A program made the translations under genes and the position numbers. The notes under the pieces were generated by a model that saw nothing but the letters and a program-made list of their open reading frames with translations, was not told the DNA's origin and ran no database searches. Of a DNA stretch of 64,000 nt, positions 27,041 through 37,001 are shown in pieces. Source of the stretch: Ructibacterium sp. (GTDB lineage: Bacteria > Bacillota > Clostridia > Monoglobales > Monoglobaceae); contig JAZQKJ010000024.1 in assembly GCA_045542095.1 (NCBI GenBank), forward strand, positions 11,254 to 75,253, in the 5' to 3' direction. Every line of letters begins with the position of its first letter. Position 1 is the stretch's first letter.

Positions 27041-29194
27041 TTAGTTGTTGGTTGTAAGAATTACGTCTTCGGGCTCGTTTACCACAGGGCTCATAGCCTC
27101 TGTTTCCCAGACAAATACCTTTACGTCATCATATTCTTTATCCACAGTAACGGAAATGTTTCCGCTGCCGCTGTACACAGATTGCTTTACAAAGGTAACG
27201 GCGTTTTCTTTATAGCACACAAGCATAATATTACTTCCCGCAGGAATACCTGTGGGCACTATGGTAAATACATTTCCCGAAAGGGTTGTAGCGGTGCCAG
27301 CCTTAATGTAATGTATGGTTGCATTTGTAAGATACTCCGTGTTATATGAACCAAAATCAATACTGTTCCAGTTATCTTCGGTTCCATAGTAGTAGATATC
27401 TGTTATGGTTGTACAATTTCTGAAAGCAGCTGTGCCAAATTTTTTTACGCTGTTTGGAATTGTAACAGATTTAAGGTTTGGCATATTTGAAGAAGATGAT
27501 GTATAGAAAATTGTGTCGGGTATGATTTCAACTCCATCGCCAAATACAAAATTTATTCCTGTGCCGCCCTGTCCTGCATTATAAAATGTTGAACTGTTAT
27601 TTAGGCTGCTAACCTTTCCCGTGTTCCAATATACCTCTTCAAGAGCCTCACAGTTTTTAAACACATTTGTTCCTATGGTTTCTACATTTTTTCCTATTGT
27701 TACGGACTTTAATCCTTTGCAGTCTATAAAAGCAGAATCGCCAACAGATGTCACACTGTCGGGAATTACAATACTATCAAGCTCCAAACAGCTTTTAAAA
27801 GTACACATAGGCACATTTGTAAGACCATCGGGAAGAACTATTTCGGTAATAGGACACTGATAAAGAACATAGCTGTCCATTGTTTTAAGATTTTTGGGGA
27901 GGGTAACGCTTGCAAGAGCGGTGCAACCTGCAAAAGTATTCTCTTCAAGATGCTCTATACTGTCAGGAAGATATACTGTTTCCAGCTTTGCGCAGTTTTC
28001 GAATATAAATGGTCCTGTTGTCTTTGTCCCTTCCTTGAATGATGCTTTGGTTATTCCGCTTCTGCTGAATGTGTAACGTCCGAAATCGGTTATGATTGCA
28101 GGAATTACAATATTGTCAAGGGCAGAACAGCCATAGAATGCGTAGTTGCCTATTTTTTCCAGACTGTCGGGAAGATTTACACTCTTTAATGCAGAACATT
28201 CGTTAAATGCATTGGCGCCTATTGTCTTGATTTTATCTCCGAAAGTAATTGTTTCAAGACTTAAACATTTGTTAAAAGCGTATGCTCCCACAGTTTCTAC
28301 GGCAGGGAGTGCCAAAGTCTTTACAGGAGTAAATTGGAAGGCGTAATCACCGATGCTTTTTAGATTACTTCCAAAGGTTATTTCAGTAATATTCGCAGGT
28401 TGTGCAGAAGTGAATGCGTAAGCAGGAATTTTTTCTGCAGTATTGCCAAATACCAGCTTTATACCGCCACCATTTGAGCCGGCAGAACGGAACACCTCAT
28501 CGCGACTTGAAAAATCTTCTACATTTTTTGCATTCCAATATATTTCTTCAAGGGCGGTACAATAATAAAATGCATTCAGCCCGATTTCGGTTACCCCTGT
28601 GCCAATGGTTAATTTCTTTAAACCTGTACATTGGTAAAAAGCGCTACCGCTTATGACTTCCAGAGTGTCAGGGATTACCAATTCCGTAAGACCGCTGCAA
28701 CCGTAAAAAGCATTACCTTTAATGGTTTTTATGTTGGAAGGAATGTTAATGCTTGTAATACCTGTACAGTTTTTCAGCATATAGTTGGGGATTGTATCTA
28801 TTCCCGATGGAATTTCTATGTTCTTTAAGGAAGTACACTCTTCAAAAGCATTTACTCCTATACTTGTCAGACTGTCAGGCAGGGTAACACTTTCCAGCTT
28901 GGTAAACTGATAAAACGAATCACGTGTTATTGATGTTACGCCTTCTTCTATCACAATTGATTTAACCTGTGTTCTGTAATTATAATACCATGGGGTTGCT
29001 GAATAGTTTGACCATTTTTTCATTTCACCTGTTCCCGTTATGGTAAGAACACCATTGTCGTCAAGGACCCAGGTCAGATTATCCCCGTCTGCACCACAGG
29101 TTCCGCTTGCTTCGGCGTTTACTGTAACGGACATTGCCACACAAAGACTTAAAACCACACAAAACAAAACTGTTAAGATCAAAAATTTTCTCAT
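27041..29194 (-). CDS. Secreted BspA-like leucine-rich repeat surface protein
   Basis: Signal peptide; SGTCG...NLTWVLDDNGVLTITGTGEM; many L..V.LP..L..IG..AF..C repeats. Confidence 0.9.
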   Translation of the reverse strand: MRKFLILTVLFCVVLSLCVAMSVTVNAEASGTCGADGDNLTWVLDDNGVLTITGTGEMKKWSNYSATPWYYNYRTQVKSIVIEEGVTSITRDSFYQFTKLESVTLPDSLTSIGVNAFEECTSLKNIEIPSGIDTIPNYMLKNCTGITSINIPSNIKTIKGNAFYGCSGLTELVIPDTLEVISGSAFYQCTGLKKLTIGTGVTEIGLNAFYYCTALEEIYWNAKNVEDFSSRDEVFRSAGSNGGGIKLVFGNTAEKIPAYAFTSAQPANITEITFGSNLKSIGDYAFQFTPVKTLALPAVETVGAYAFNKCLSLETITFGDKIKTIGANAFNECSALKSVNLPDSLEKIGNYAFYGCSALDNIVIPAIITDFGRYTFSRSGITKASFKEGTKTTGPFIFENCAKLETVYLPDSIEHLEENTFAGCTALASVTLPKNLKTMDSYVLYQCPITEIVLPDGLTNVPMCTFKSCLELDSIVIPDSVTSVGDSAFIDCKGLKSVTIGKNVETIGTNVFKNCEALEEVYWNTGKVSSLNNSSTFYNAGQGGTGINFVFGDGVEIIPDTIFYTSSSSNMPNLKSVTIPNSVKKFGTAAFRNCTTITDIYYYGTEDNWNSIDFGSYNTEYLTNATIHYIKAGTATTLSGNVFTIVPTGIPAGSNIMLVCYKENAVTFVKQSVYSGSGNISVTVDKEYDDVKVFVWETEAMSPVVNEPEDVILTTNN

Positions 29195-29271
29195 AATATT
29201 AGCTCCCCCTTGCTGAAAATATTTCAAACTCCATAATTATAAGCCCAATCTATAAAAAAGTCAATTTAATA

Positions 29272-29300
29272 TTGATATTTTAAATAAAATGTTTTATAAT
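29272..29300 (+). promoter_or_regulatory. sigmaA promoter of metY
   Basis: TTGATA-17-TATAAT. Confidence 0.6.
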
Positions 29301-29338
29301 GAGTTTATGATTTGTTTTACAAGCACTAGGGAAAGGAT

Positions 29339-30619
29339 ATGAGAATTATGCATATAGAAACAAAATGTATTCAATCAGGCTATACTCCCAAAAACGGAGA
29401 GCCGAGAATTCTGCCGATATATCAGAACACAACCTGGAAATACGGCTCTACTGAGGAGATGGGCAAGCTCTTTGACCTTGAGGAATCAGGTTATTTCTAC
29501 ACACGTCTTGCCAACCCTACAAACGATGCGGTTGCGGCAAAGATTACTGATTTAGAGGGCGGTGTTGCGGGAATGCTTACCTCATCAGGACAGGCTGCCT
29601 GCTTCTATTCAATCTTCAATATCTGTCAGGCGGGGGACCACTTTGTGTGCTCTGCAAGTATCTATGGCGGAACATTCAATCTCTTTGGAGTTACCTTAAA
29701 GAAGATGGGTATTGAGTGTACCTTTGTAAACCCCGATGCAACCGAGGAAGAGTTAAATGCCGCATTTAGAGAAAACACCAAAGCGGTATTCGGCGAAACA
29801 ATCGCAAATCCTGCTCTGGTAGTTCTGGATATCGAAAAATGGGCAAAGGTTGCTCATGAACACAAGGTTCCTCTTATTATAGACAACACCTTTGCGACAC
29901 CTGTAAACTGCCGTCCTATTGAATGGGGAGCAGATATAGTTGTTCACTCCACCACAAAATATATGGACGGTCATGCAACCAGCGTTGGCGGTGCCATTGT
30001 TGACAGCGGCAACTTTGACTGGGAGGCATCAGGCAAGTTCCCGTGCCTTACCACCCCCGATGCTTCATATCATGGCATCACCTATACTGAAAAATTCGGT
30101 AAGGCGGCTTATATAACAAAAGCTACCGCACAAGTGATGAGAGATTTAGGCTCCATTCCGTCACCCCATAACGCTTTTCTTTTAAACCTTGGTCTTGAAA
30201 CTCTGCCTCTTCGTATGAAACAGCATTGCAGTAACGCACAGGCTGTTGCAGAGTATCTCTCTGAAAATGAAAAGATTTCATGGGTAAGCTATTGCGGTCT
30301 GCCGGGTGACAAATATTATGATTTGGCACAGAAATACCTGCCAAACGGCTCTTGCGGAGTAATCTCCTTTGGAGTAAAAGGCGGCAGAGAGGCGGCTGTT
30401 AAGTTTATGGATAGCCTTGAGCTTGCGGCAATCGTTACTCATGTTGCAGATGCAAGAACATCTGTTCTTCACCCTGCAAGCCACACCCACCGTCAGTTAA
30501 ACGATCAGGAATTAGAGGCGGCAGGGGTTACACCTGACCTTATTCGTTTCTCTGTTGGTATAGAAAATGCAGAGGACATTATTGCTGATATTCAGCAGGC
30601 TCTGGATAAGGTTAAGTAA
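29339..30619 (+). CDS. metY: O-acetylhomoserine aminocarboxypropyltransferase (PLP-dependent)
   Basis: YTRLANPT, SSGQAA, ETIANP, IDNTFATP, HSTTKYMDGH (PLP Lys), HPASHTHRQL, IRFSVGIE. Confidence 0.92.
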   Translation: MRIMHIETKCIQSGYTPKNGEPRILPIYQNTTWKYGSTEEMGKLFDLEESGYFYTRLANPTNDAVAAKITDLEGGVAGMLTSSGQAACFYSIFNICQAGDHFVCSASIYGGTFNLFGVTLKKMGIECTFVNPDATEEELNAAFRENTKAVFGETIANPALVVLDIEKWAKVAHEHKVPLIIDNTFATPVNCRPIEWGADIVVHSTTKYMDGHATSVGGAIVDSGNFDWEASGKFPCLTTPDASYHGITYTEKFGKAAYITKATAQVMRDLGSIPSPHNAFLLNLGLETLPLRMKQHCSNAQAVAEYLSENEKISWVSYCGLPGDKYYDLAQKYLPNGSCGVISFGVKGGREAAVKFMDSLELAAIVTHVADARTSVLHPASHTHRQLNDQELEAAGVTPDLIRFSVGIENAEDIIADIQQALDKVK

Positions 30620-30620
30620 T

Positions 30621-31031
30621 ATGCAGGATTATATAAGAAAAGTAAACTATTGCGAAACCGATAAAATGGGGATTGTTCACCATTCCAACTACGTAAGATG
30701 GCTGGAAGAGGCGAGAATAGATTTCCTTGAACAGATAGACTGCAGTCTTGTGGAAATAGAAAAACATGGGATAGTATCTCCTGTTACAGAGGTTCAATGC
30801 AGTTATAAAGCCCCCACGGTTTTTGGGGATACTGTAAGGATATCTGTTAAAATTCAGGAATTCAAAGGGGTAAGGCTTGTTTTAGACTATGAAATATATA
30901 ACAACGAAACCAATGCCCTGGTTTTAACGGCGGTGACCAAGCATTGTTTTACAGGTGCCGAGGGTAAGCCGGTTGTTTTAAAAAAGGTACTCCCCGAAGT
31001 TGACAAACGAATTAAAGAATGTGTTAAATAA
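30621..31031 (+). CDS. Acyl-CoA thioesterase, YbgC/FadM hotdog family
   Basis: ETDKMGIVHHSNYVRWLEEAR. Confidence 0.88.
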   Translation: MQDYIRKVNYCETDKMGIVHHSNYVRWLEEARIDFLEQIDCSLVEIEKHGIVSPVTEVQCSYKAPTVFGDTVRISVKIQEFKGVRLVLDYEIYNNETNALVLTAVTKHCFTGAEGKPVVLKKVLPEVDKRIKECVK

Positions 31032-31036
31032 AGAAT

Positions 31037-31062
31037 GGCGGTGCATATCATTTTGCACCGCC
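31037..31062. terminator. Terminator between the thioesterase gene and ppa
   Basis: GGCGGTGCA-TATCATTT-TGCACCGCC between convergent genes. Confidence 0.7.
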
Positions 31063-31071
31063 TGATTTTTG

Positions 31072-31605
31072 TTACTTACAAAAGTTTTCTACGTAATTAT
31101 CAATTGCACTGTTGATAATTTTAACTGAAACCTCTCTGCCGCTTACCTCGTGTACAGCGGTTTCTTTATGTTCAAGGCTTTTATATACCGTGAAAAAATG
31201 GCTCATCTCGTCAAAAACGTGCTTTGGAAGCTCGCTTATATCATTGTACATGTTATAGTTTGGGTCATTAAATGGAATGGCAATGACCTTTTCGTCGTTT
31301 CTGCCATTGTCTATCATGGAGATTACCCCTATTGGATATGCCCGCACCAATGTCATGGGCTCAATTTGCTCGGAACAAAGCAAAAGAACATCCAGCGGGT
31401 CGTTATCATCCCCGTAGGTTCTTGGGATAAATCCATAGTTTGCAGGATAATGGGTTGATGTGTAAAGTATGCGGTCAAGCATAAGATATCCTGTTTCCTT
31501 ATCAAGTTCGTATTTCTTCTTACTGCCTTTGGAAATTTCAATTACGCACATGAAATCCTCTGCATTTATTCTTTTAGGCGAAATGTCGTGCCAGATATTA
31601 GACAT
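31072..31605 (-). CDS. ppa: Family I inorganic pyrophosphatase
   Basis: KYELDKETG, DRILY, YPANYGFIPRT, DPLDVL, DEKVIA, HFFTVYK. Start at ATG 31605. Confidence 0.93.
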   Translation of the reverse strand: MSNIWHDISPKRINAEDFMCVIEISKGSKKKYELDKETGYLMLDRILYTSTHYPANYGFIPRTYGDDNDPLDVLLLCSEQIEPMTLVRAYPIGVISMIDNGRNDEKVIAIPFNDPNYNMYNDISELPKHVFDEMSHFFTVYKSLEHKETAVHEVSGREVSVKIINSAIDNYVENFCK

Positions 31606-31728
31606 ATTAAAACTCCCCTCTTTTTTGCTAATTGTATCATATCCAGAGAAAAAAGTAAATAAATCTTTGGCTAAGAAACGGCTAAAAAATAGTACAAAAA
31701 AGCACCTGCTTTTCGCAAGTGCTTTTCC

Positions 31729-31804
31729 TGGAGCTGGTGATGGGACTCGAACCCGCAACCTGCTGATTACAAATCAGCTGCTCTGCCAATTGAGCTACAC
31801 CAGC
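31729..31804 (-). tRNA. tRNA-Thr (TGT)
   Basis: Reverse complement GCTGGTGTAGCTCAATTGGCAGAGCAGCTGATTTGTAATCAGCAGGTTGCGGGTTCGAGTCCCATCACCAGCTCCA; upstream TTGACA-17-TATATA; downstream hairpin 31698-31726. Confidence 0.96.
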
Positions 31805-31862
31805 ACACAACCGATATAATAGCATAGTTTTTCGGGTTTGTCAACAACTTTTTTTAATTTTT

Positions 31863-34307
31863 TTATAAATCTCCCTCTTCTTTAAAGCTGAGAGGTTTCA
31901 TGTTTTCATCCCATGAATAAAGCTTGTAATTTTTTGCATCTGATGGGATTCGTATTTCCGTACCCTCTGTAACCTTTGCAATATTTCCGTCTGCACCATA
32001 GAACACTGCGAAAGTTCGGGAGTTTGCAGGGGCATTCAGTATGTTTATATATAAACCATCTATTTCGTAGTCCAGTAATACCTTATCTGAATTTTCCATA
32101 CTGAACAACTCAAATTTATCACAGCTTTTTGGCTCAAAGGTTTCGGGAATTTCCCCATCAAATATAACCTCTTTGAGGTTGGTAATGTGATAGAATGCAC
32201 GATTGCCAAAGGTTTTTACGCTTTTTGGAATAACAATTCTCTTAAGGGCATTACAATAGCTGAATGCATATTCACCAATCTCTTTTACGGTTTCGGGGAT
32301 ATCAATTTCCTCCATTCCGATTGGAACGCTGATAAGCTGTGTCACATCTTTATTATACAAAACTCCGTCAATCGAGGTATAGTTGGGGTTTTCAGGGTCT
32401 GCCTTATACTTTCTGTTCAGTCTGTTAAGTCTTGGGTCTACATACACAGCATCTTCATCGATAAAGAGGGTTTTATCGGGAGCTCTGTCCACAATATTAT
32501 GGGTATAGCCTCCGTAATACAAATGGGTACAACTGTAGTTTGACATAAGAGGTTCTTCCGAATAATGAAAAATTATTCCGTCAAGTCCATACTTGTCAAC
32601 ATATTCAATCTCCGCATCACCCACTGAATCGGAAAAATACCTATAATCGCCCTTGTATAAAAAGTTTTCCCCTATGGATTCTATTTTATCGGCACGAGGC
32701 ATGGCAGAAAATCCCGCGGTAACATTATCGCCGATAATAAGCTTACCACAGCTGTACTCCGCAAGGGAGTTGTCCTCCAGATAAATGCCGTCGGGGATAA
32801 TAAGGGTGTCGCTTCCGTGCATAGTTCTGCCCACCGGGCTACCATTATCGCTTATAAATCTGCAGAAGTTTTTATCAATACTTTTTACCTTGACCCCGTC
32901 AATTTCTGATGGGATTTCATAGATAAATTCTTTGTGTACCCATATATCATTTTCATTTTTTTCAATATACTCAGAGCCAAGGGTACTGTCTACGGCATAA
33001 AGCTTTCCTGTTGTGGGGTCAAAATATATGTAGCAGAATATTATGTGGGTCTTTCCCGCAACAGGGTCATGAAATTCGTAAGGCTCAAACATCTCATACT
33101 TCTTTACGGTTTTAGGCAGGTTGGTAAGGTAGAACAGCTGTTCTTTTTCGGTCTTTGAAACCTTTTCGCCTGTACACTCTGGATATTCTTCTTCGTCCCA
33201 GGAATAGCCTCTTGCTTTAAAGGTTTCCACATCTGTAAGATAGGCGCCCAAATTATCAATGGTCAGGTCATATCTGTCGGTTTTTCCTGCATTCTGCGGC
33301 TCGTACATATACCACTTTCCGTTGTATTTAACACAGTTCCAGGCATGGCCCTCGCCGTCTTTGTACCAATCTACCATGCCATTTGCAACCATACATTCAA
33401 TGCCATAGGCATCACAAAGTGTTTTAAAGACATCTGCATGATGCATACATTGTCCTACGCCTAGCGAAAATGTTACTTCATCATTCAATATATTGGTCAC
33501 TCTGTATTTTTTTAATGAGAGCAGAACGCTGTCTTGAATAACTGCAAGCTTTTCAAGCTCGGTCATGTCATCGGTTATGGGGATTAGCACATTATTTTTC
33601 AGAATTCGGTTGTATCGCTCATAAGCCTCTTTATTACCATCTATCCGCTCCTGCTTGAGGTGGGATTTAACACCTATGGAAACATAGATGTACTCTGTAT
33701 AATAATCGTTATAATCGTGGAAATACGTACTGTGAAGAAGATATTTTGTAATATCCTCCCCGTACTTTTCCTGAACATCGGCAATAACCGTGTCAAGTCT
33801 GCTCTCACGCCATGTATCATAGCTTAAATAATTATCGGCTATCCGATAGATTTTATCGTATCGGGGATGAGTTTTGCACTCTTTTACTGCCTCGTATACA
33901 TCCTCGGCACTGCTTAAAACCTCTAATGTGTCATAGTCATACACAGTCCATGGAATAAATACATGAATATATGTATCATACTCTGTGACGGTAGCCGATT
34001 TGGTACATTCGGCTATGTGATTATTTGTAAAATCTGTAATCATAGACAGGGTATCATCCCATATCTCTTTATCCGGGAATATGTCAAGAGAGCGTTTCTT
34101 TGACTGATAGCTCAAATCAAGCAAACGCTCCAAATCGTGAAGACTGTCTGTCTTATATAAGCTGTTTGTAAAAAAGAAATACGTAATATTATATGGAACA
34201 TCAATAGGCTCATCAGGCGGTAAGATGTCAGTTTCCGCTCCATAGTACGCTAAAGCATTTGTTTGCAGAATTGTAAAACATAAAAATAAGATTAAAAGCT
34301 TTTTCAT
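31863..34307 (-). CDS. Secreted protein with transglutaminase-like domain and BspA-type LRRs
   Basis: Signal peptide; GQC..HA..F..LC...GI.C....G...HAWN.V...GKWY; YTSIDGVLYNKD..LI..P and IGEYAF.YC LRRs. Confidence 0.82.
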   Translation of the reverse strand: MKKLLILFLCFTILQTNALAYYGAETDILPPDEPIDVPYNITYFFFTNSLYKTDSLHDLERLLDLSYQSKKRSLDIFPDKEIWDDTLSMITDFTNNHIAECTKSATVTEYDTYIHVFIPWTVYDYDTLEVLSSAEDVYEAVKECKTHPRYDKIYRIADNYLSYDTWRESRLDTVIADVQEKYGEDITKYLLHSTYFHDYNDYYTEYIYVSIGVKSHLKQERIDGNKEAYERYNRILKNNVLIPITDDMTELEKLAVIQDSVLLSLKKYRVTNILNDEVTFSLGVGQCMHHADVFKTLCDAYGIECMVANGMVDWYKDGEGHAWNCVKYNGKWYMYEPQNAGKTDRYDLTIDNLGAYLTDVETFKARGYSWDEEEYPECTGEKVSKTEKEQLFYLTNLPKTVKKYEMFEPYEFHDPVAGKTHIIFCYIYFDPTTGKLYAVDSTLGSEYIEKNENDIWVHKEFIYEIPSEIDGVKVKSIDKNFCRFISDNGSPVGRTMHGSDTLIIPDGIYLEDNSLAEYSCGKLIIGDNVTAGFSAMPRADKIESIGENFLYKGDYRYFSDSVGDAEIEYVDKYGLDGIIFHYSEEPLMSNYSCTHLYYGGYTHNIVDRAPDKTLFIDEDAVYVDPRLNRLNRKYKADPENPNYTSIDGVLYNKDVTQLISVPIGMEEIDIPETVKEIGEYAFSYCNALKRIVIPKSVKTFGNRAFYHITNLKEVIFDGEIPETFEPKSCDKFELFSMENSDKVLLDYEIDGLYINILNAPANSRTFAVFYGADGNIAKVTEGTEIRIPSDAKNYKLYSWDENMKPLSFKEEGDL

Positions 34308-34453
34308 AATATCTTCCTTCTAAAAAATTATAGATTAGATTTTATCATAAAATGATAGTTGGGTCAACTGTCACTTGCTTTTTTTACAATGCCATGTTAT
34401 TATAGCTTTGCGAAACAAAAAAGACCCAACGGGTCTTTAAAGCATTATTCGGT

Positions 34454-34720
34454 TTAGTCTTTTTCGCAAGGGTCATAGATAACAAGCTCAACAGTTTTTG
34501 TAAGAACGTCGGTATAGCTGTATGAAACACGGCGCTCGCTAGTGATATATGGGTCGGGCGCATCAAGCTTAACAATGAAGATACTGGGATATGTGCTTTC
34601 TATCACACCCTCGCGTGTGACGGTTCTCTTTCTGCCTTTCTTGGCAGTAAGACGAACCTTATGTCCAACATTATCGGACAAACTGGACTTTATCTTAACC
34701 AAATCATTCTGAATATACAA
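34454..34720 (-). CDS. veg: Veg family protein
   Basis: VGHKVRLTAKKGRKR, GVIESTYPSIFIV, SYSYTDVLTKTVEL; TTG start after AAGGAG. Confidence 0.9.
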   Translation of the reverse strand: MYIQNDLVKIKSSLSDNVGHKVRLTAKKGRKRTVTREGVIESTYPSIFIVKLDAPDPYITSERRVSYSYTDVLTKTVELVIYDPCEKD

Positions 34721-34811
34721 TCCCAACACTCCTTCTGTGGACACTATTCCACCACAATACATGACAAGTATAGCACAGTATTACAATTTTGTAAATAGAA
34801 AAAAACAGAAA

Positions 34812-34839
34812 ATTACGACAGTTTTACAAATTTGTTACA
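34812..34839 (-). promoter_or_regulatory. WalR-type direct repeat upstream of veg
   Basis: Minus strand TGTAAC-AAATT-TGTAAA-ACTGT-CGTAAT. Confidence 0.45.
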
Positions 34840-34922
34840 CATTGCCATAAATTCTTATGGAGAAAAGGGCAAATTCACCAAATAGAGAAATTTTTAAGGC
34901 ACAAGAAAAGAGGATAAATAGG

Positions 34923-35639
34923 ATGACAAATAAATGTACACACAGTTTCAGCCAGGGACTTCGCGACGGACTTCCCATCGGGCTTGGATATCTGTCTGTT
35001 TCCTTTGCTTTTGGAATATTTGCAGTAAAATCGGGACTTCCTATATGGGCGGCAATAGCCATATCCATGACAAATCTGACCTCGGCGGGACAGATGGCAG
35101 GGGTACCATTGATTGTGGCGGCGGCGTCCTATATGGAGCTTATGCTGTCCCAGCTTATAATTAACATACGATATTCACTTATGTCCCTGTCCCTTTCTCA
35201 AAAGCTTGAAAAAAACGTTGGAATTTTAGGAAGGCTTGGTATTTCCTTTGGCATAACCGACGAGGTTTTTGCCGTGGCATCCACTAAAGAGGGTAAGGTG
35301 GGGACAACCTATATGAGAGGGTTGATTTTTATCCCCTACATAGGCTGGACATTGGGAACAGTTTTTGGTGCGGTTGCCGGGAGTCTTCTTCCTGCATCTG
35401 TTCAGTCGGCGCTTGGTATAGCTATTTACGGAATGTTTATTGCCATTATTGTCCCTGCGGCAAAAAAGAGCTTTTCGGTGTTTGCAGTTTTACTTATAGC
35501 AGTAATACTCAGCTGCTTATTTAAGTGGGCACCGGGGCTTAACATGGTATCTGACGGGTTTGTTATTATAATCTGTTCGGTTATATCTGCAGGAATTGGT
35601 GCAATTATGTTTCCCATTAAGGAGGGTTCAGAGCAGTGA
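34923..35639 (+). CDS. azlC: AzlC family branched-chain amino acid exporter permease
   Basis: GLRDGLPIGLGY, SAGQ, INIRYSLMS, FGITDEVFAVA. Confidence 0.88.
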   Translation: MTNKCTHSFSQGLRDGLPIGLGYLSVSFAFGIFAVKSGLPIWAAIAISMTNLTSAGQMAGVPLIVAAASYMELMLSQLIINIRYSLMSLSLSQKLEKNVGILGRLGISFGITDEVFAVASTKEGKVGTTYMRGLIFIPYIGWTLGTVFGAVAGSLLPASVQSALGIAIYGMFIAIIVPAAKKSFSVFAVLLIAVILSCLFKWAPGLNMVSDGFVIIICSVISAGIGAIMFPIKEGSEQ

Positions 35640-35935
35640 GTTTAGTGATATATATTTTCCTGATGGCTCTTGTTACATATCTGGTAAGATGCCTGCCCCT
35701 TACTCTTTTCAGGAAAGAGATTACCAATGTATATATAAAATCCTTTTTGCAGTATATTCCTTATGCTGTATTGGGAACAATGACCTTACCTGCGATATTG
35801 TATTCCACAGATAGTATGTTATCTGCCATAGTGGGACTTGCGATAGCAGTGGTGCTTTCTTATATGGAAAAAAGTCTGCTTACTGTTGCCGCATCGGCGT
35901 GTGCGGTGGTTTATATTGTTGAATTATTTATATGA
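35636..35935 (+). CDS. azlD: AzlD domain protein
   Basis: MALVTYLVRCLP, FLQYIPYAVL; overlaps the azlC stop. Confidence 0.85.
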   Translation: MSLVIYIFLMALVTYLVRCLPLTLFRKEITNVYIKSFLQYIPYAVLGTMTLPAILYSTDSMLSAIVGLAIAVVLSYMEKSLLTVAASACAVVYIVELFI

Positions 35936-35945
35936 GGTTGGAAAA

Positions 35946-36908
35946 ATGGTGAGATTTGCGAATAAAGATGATTTTGAATGGCTGAAAAATGTCTGGAAAA
36001 TCGCCTTTGATGACCCTGACGAGTTTATAAACTGGAATTTTGAGAAAAACTTCTCTTTTGAAAATACTTTTATAGCAGAAAAGGATGGTGTTCCTGCTTC
36101 CAATATGCAGTTGATGTCCCACAGTATATTTTTGCGTGGGGAAGAATACCCAATAAATTATGTGTCGGGAGTGGCAACTCTGCCGGAGTTTCGTAAAATG
36201 GGGCTTGTTCGGGAAATGTTTGAGTTTTCTTTTGGGGAAATGAGAAAGAGAAACCAGCACATAAGCCTGCTTATTCCTTTTAACTATGAGTTTTATGAGC
36301 AGTTTGGCTATAAGCAATGCTATAATAAGACCCACAGATATATGAAAGAGCTTCCTAAAGAGGGAGTTATTGGAGAAGAGGGCGACATTTCGGCTCTTAT
36401 TCCTGTCCTTGACGGGCTTTATAAAAAAGAGATGAAGAATAAAAACGGATACGCCATTCGAAAGAAGGGGGACTGGCACAAAATATTAGAGGATACCCTT
36501 AAGATTTCAAAGGGAAAAGTTATTCTCAATGAAGATAAAAGCGGTTATGCCATTTTGTCACTTCGTGACGGCGGAGGCTGGGAGATTGAAGAAATCTGTG
36601 GAGGTTTATCAATGGATTTTGAAACCGAAACAAAGCCTCAGGCAATGGCGAGAATAATCAGCCCCCTGCCCATACTTAAAAATATGGCGGAGAATTTTAA
36701 GGGTGAATTTACAATAAAAATTCATGATGAGAATATAAAAGAGAATAATATCAGCCTGCTGATAAAAGAGAAAACTGTGACGGAGATACAGGGCGTTTGC
36801 GACACAGAGGTTGACATTAAAGAGCTTGCTAGACTTATTTTTGGATTTTGTGAAGATAAAACAGGATTTTTTACAAAAGAAGACAACTATTTAAGATTGA
36901 TATTTTAG
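35946..36908 (+). CDS. GNAT family N-acetyltransferase (Eis-like)
   Basis: VSGVATLPEFRKMGLV, LLIPFNYEFYEQFGY, PQAMARII. Confidence 0.82.
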   Translation: MVRFANKDDFEWLKNVWKIAFDDPDEFINWNFEKNFSFENTFIAEKDGVPASNMQLMSHSIFLRGEEYPINYVSGVATLPEFRKMGLVREMFEFSFGEMRKRNQHISLLIPFNYEFYEQFGYKQCYNKTHRYMKELPKEGVIGEEGDISALIPVLDGLYKKEMKNKNGYAIRKKGDWHKILEDTLKISKGKVILNEDKSGYAILSLRDGGGWEIEEICGGLSMDFETETKPQAMARIISPLPILKNMAENFKGEFTIKIHDENIKENNISLLIKEKTVTEIQGVCDTEVDIKELARLIFGFCEDKTGFFTKEDNYLRLIF

Positions 36909-36913
36909 AAAAA

Positions 36914-36944
36914 AAGACCGGGGAATATAAATTTCCCTGGTCTT
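36914..36944 (+). terminator. Terminator after the GNAT gene
   Basis: AAGACCGGGGAA...TTCCCTGGTCTT followed by a T-rich tract. Confidence 0.65.
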
Positions 36945-37001
36945 ATTTTATGGCACTTTATGACACCCCTTTTTGTTATATAATACACTTGTCTATTGCA
37001 A

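Noticed and set aside
27400-29000. Periodic sequence as a possible CRISPR array or DNA tandem repeat
   Set aside because: Periodicity is at protein level (LRR units of about 22-23 aa) inside an intact ORF; no identical direct repeats with spacers and no cas genes.
31606-31758. N-terminal extension of Ppa
   Set aside because: Overlaps tRNA-Thr and its terminator.
31729-34307. tRNA-Thr (or tRNA-Leu) as the attachment site of an integrated island
   Set aside because: No integrase and no duplicated tRNA 3' end was found in the window.
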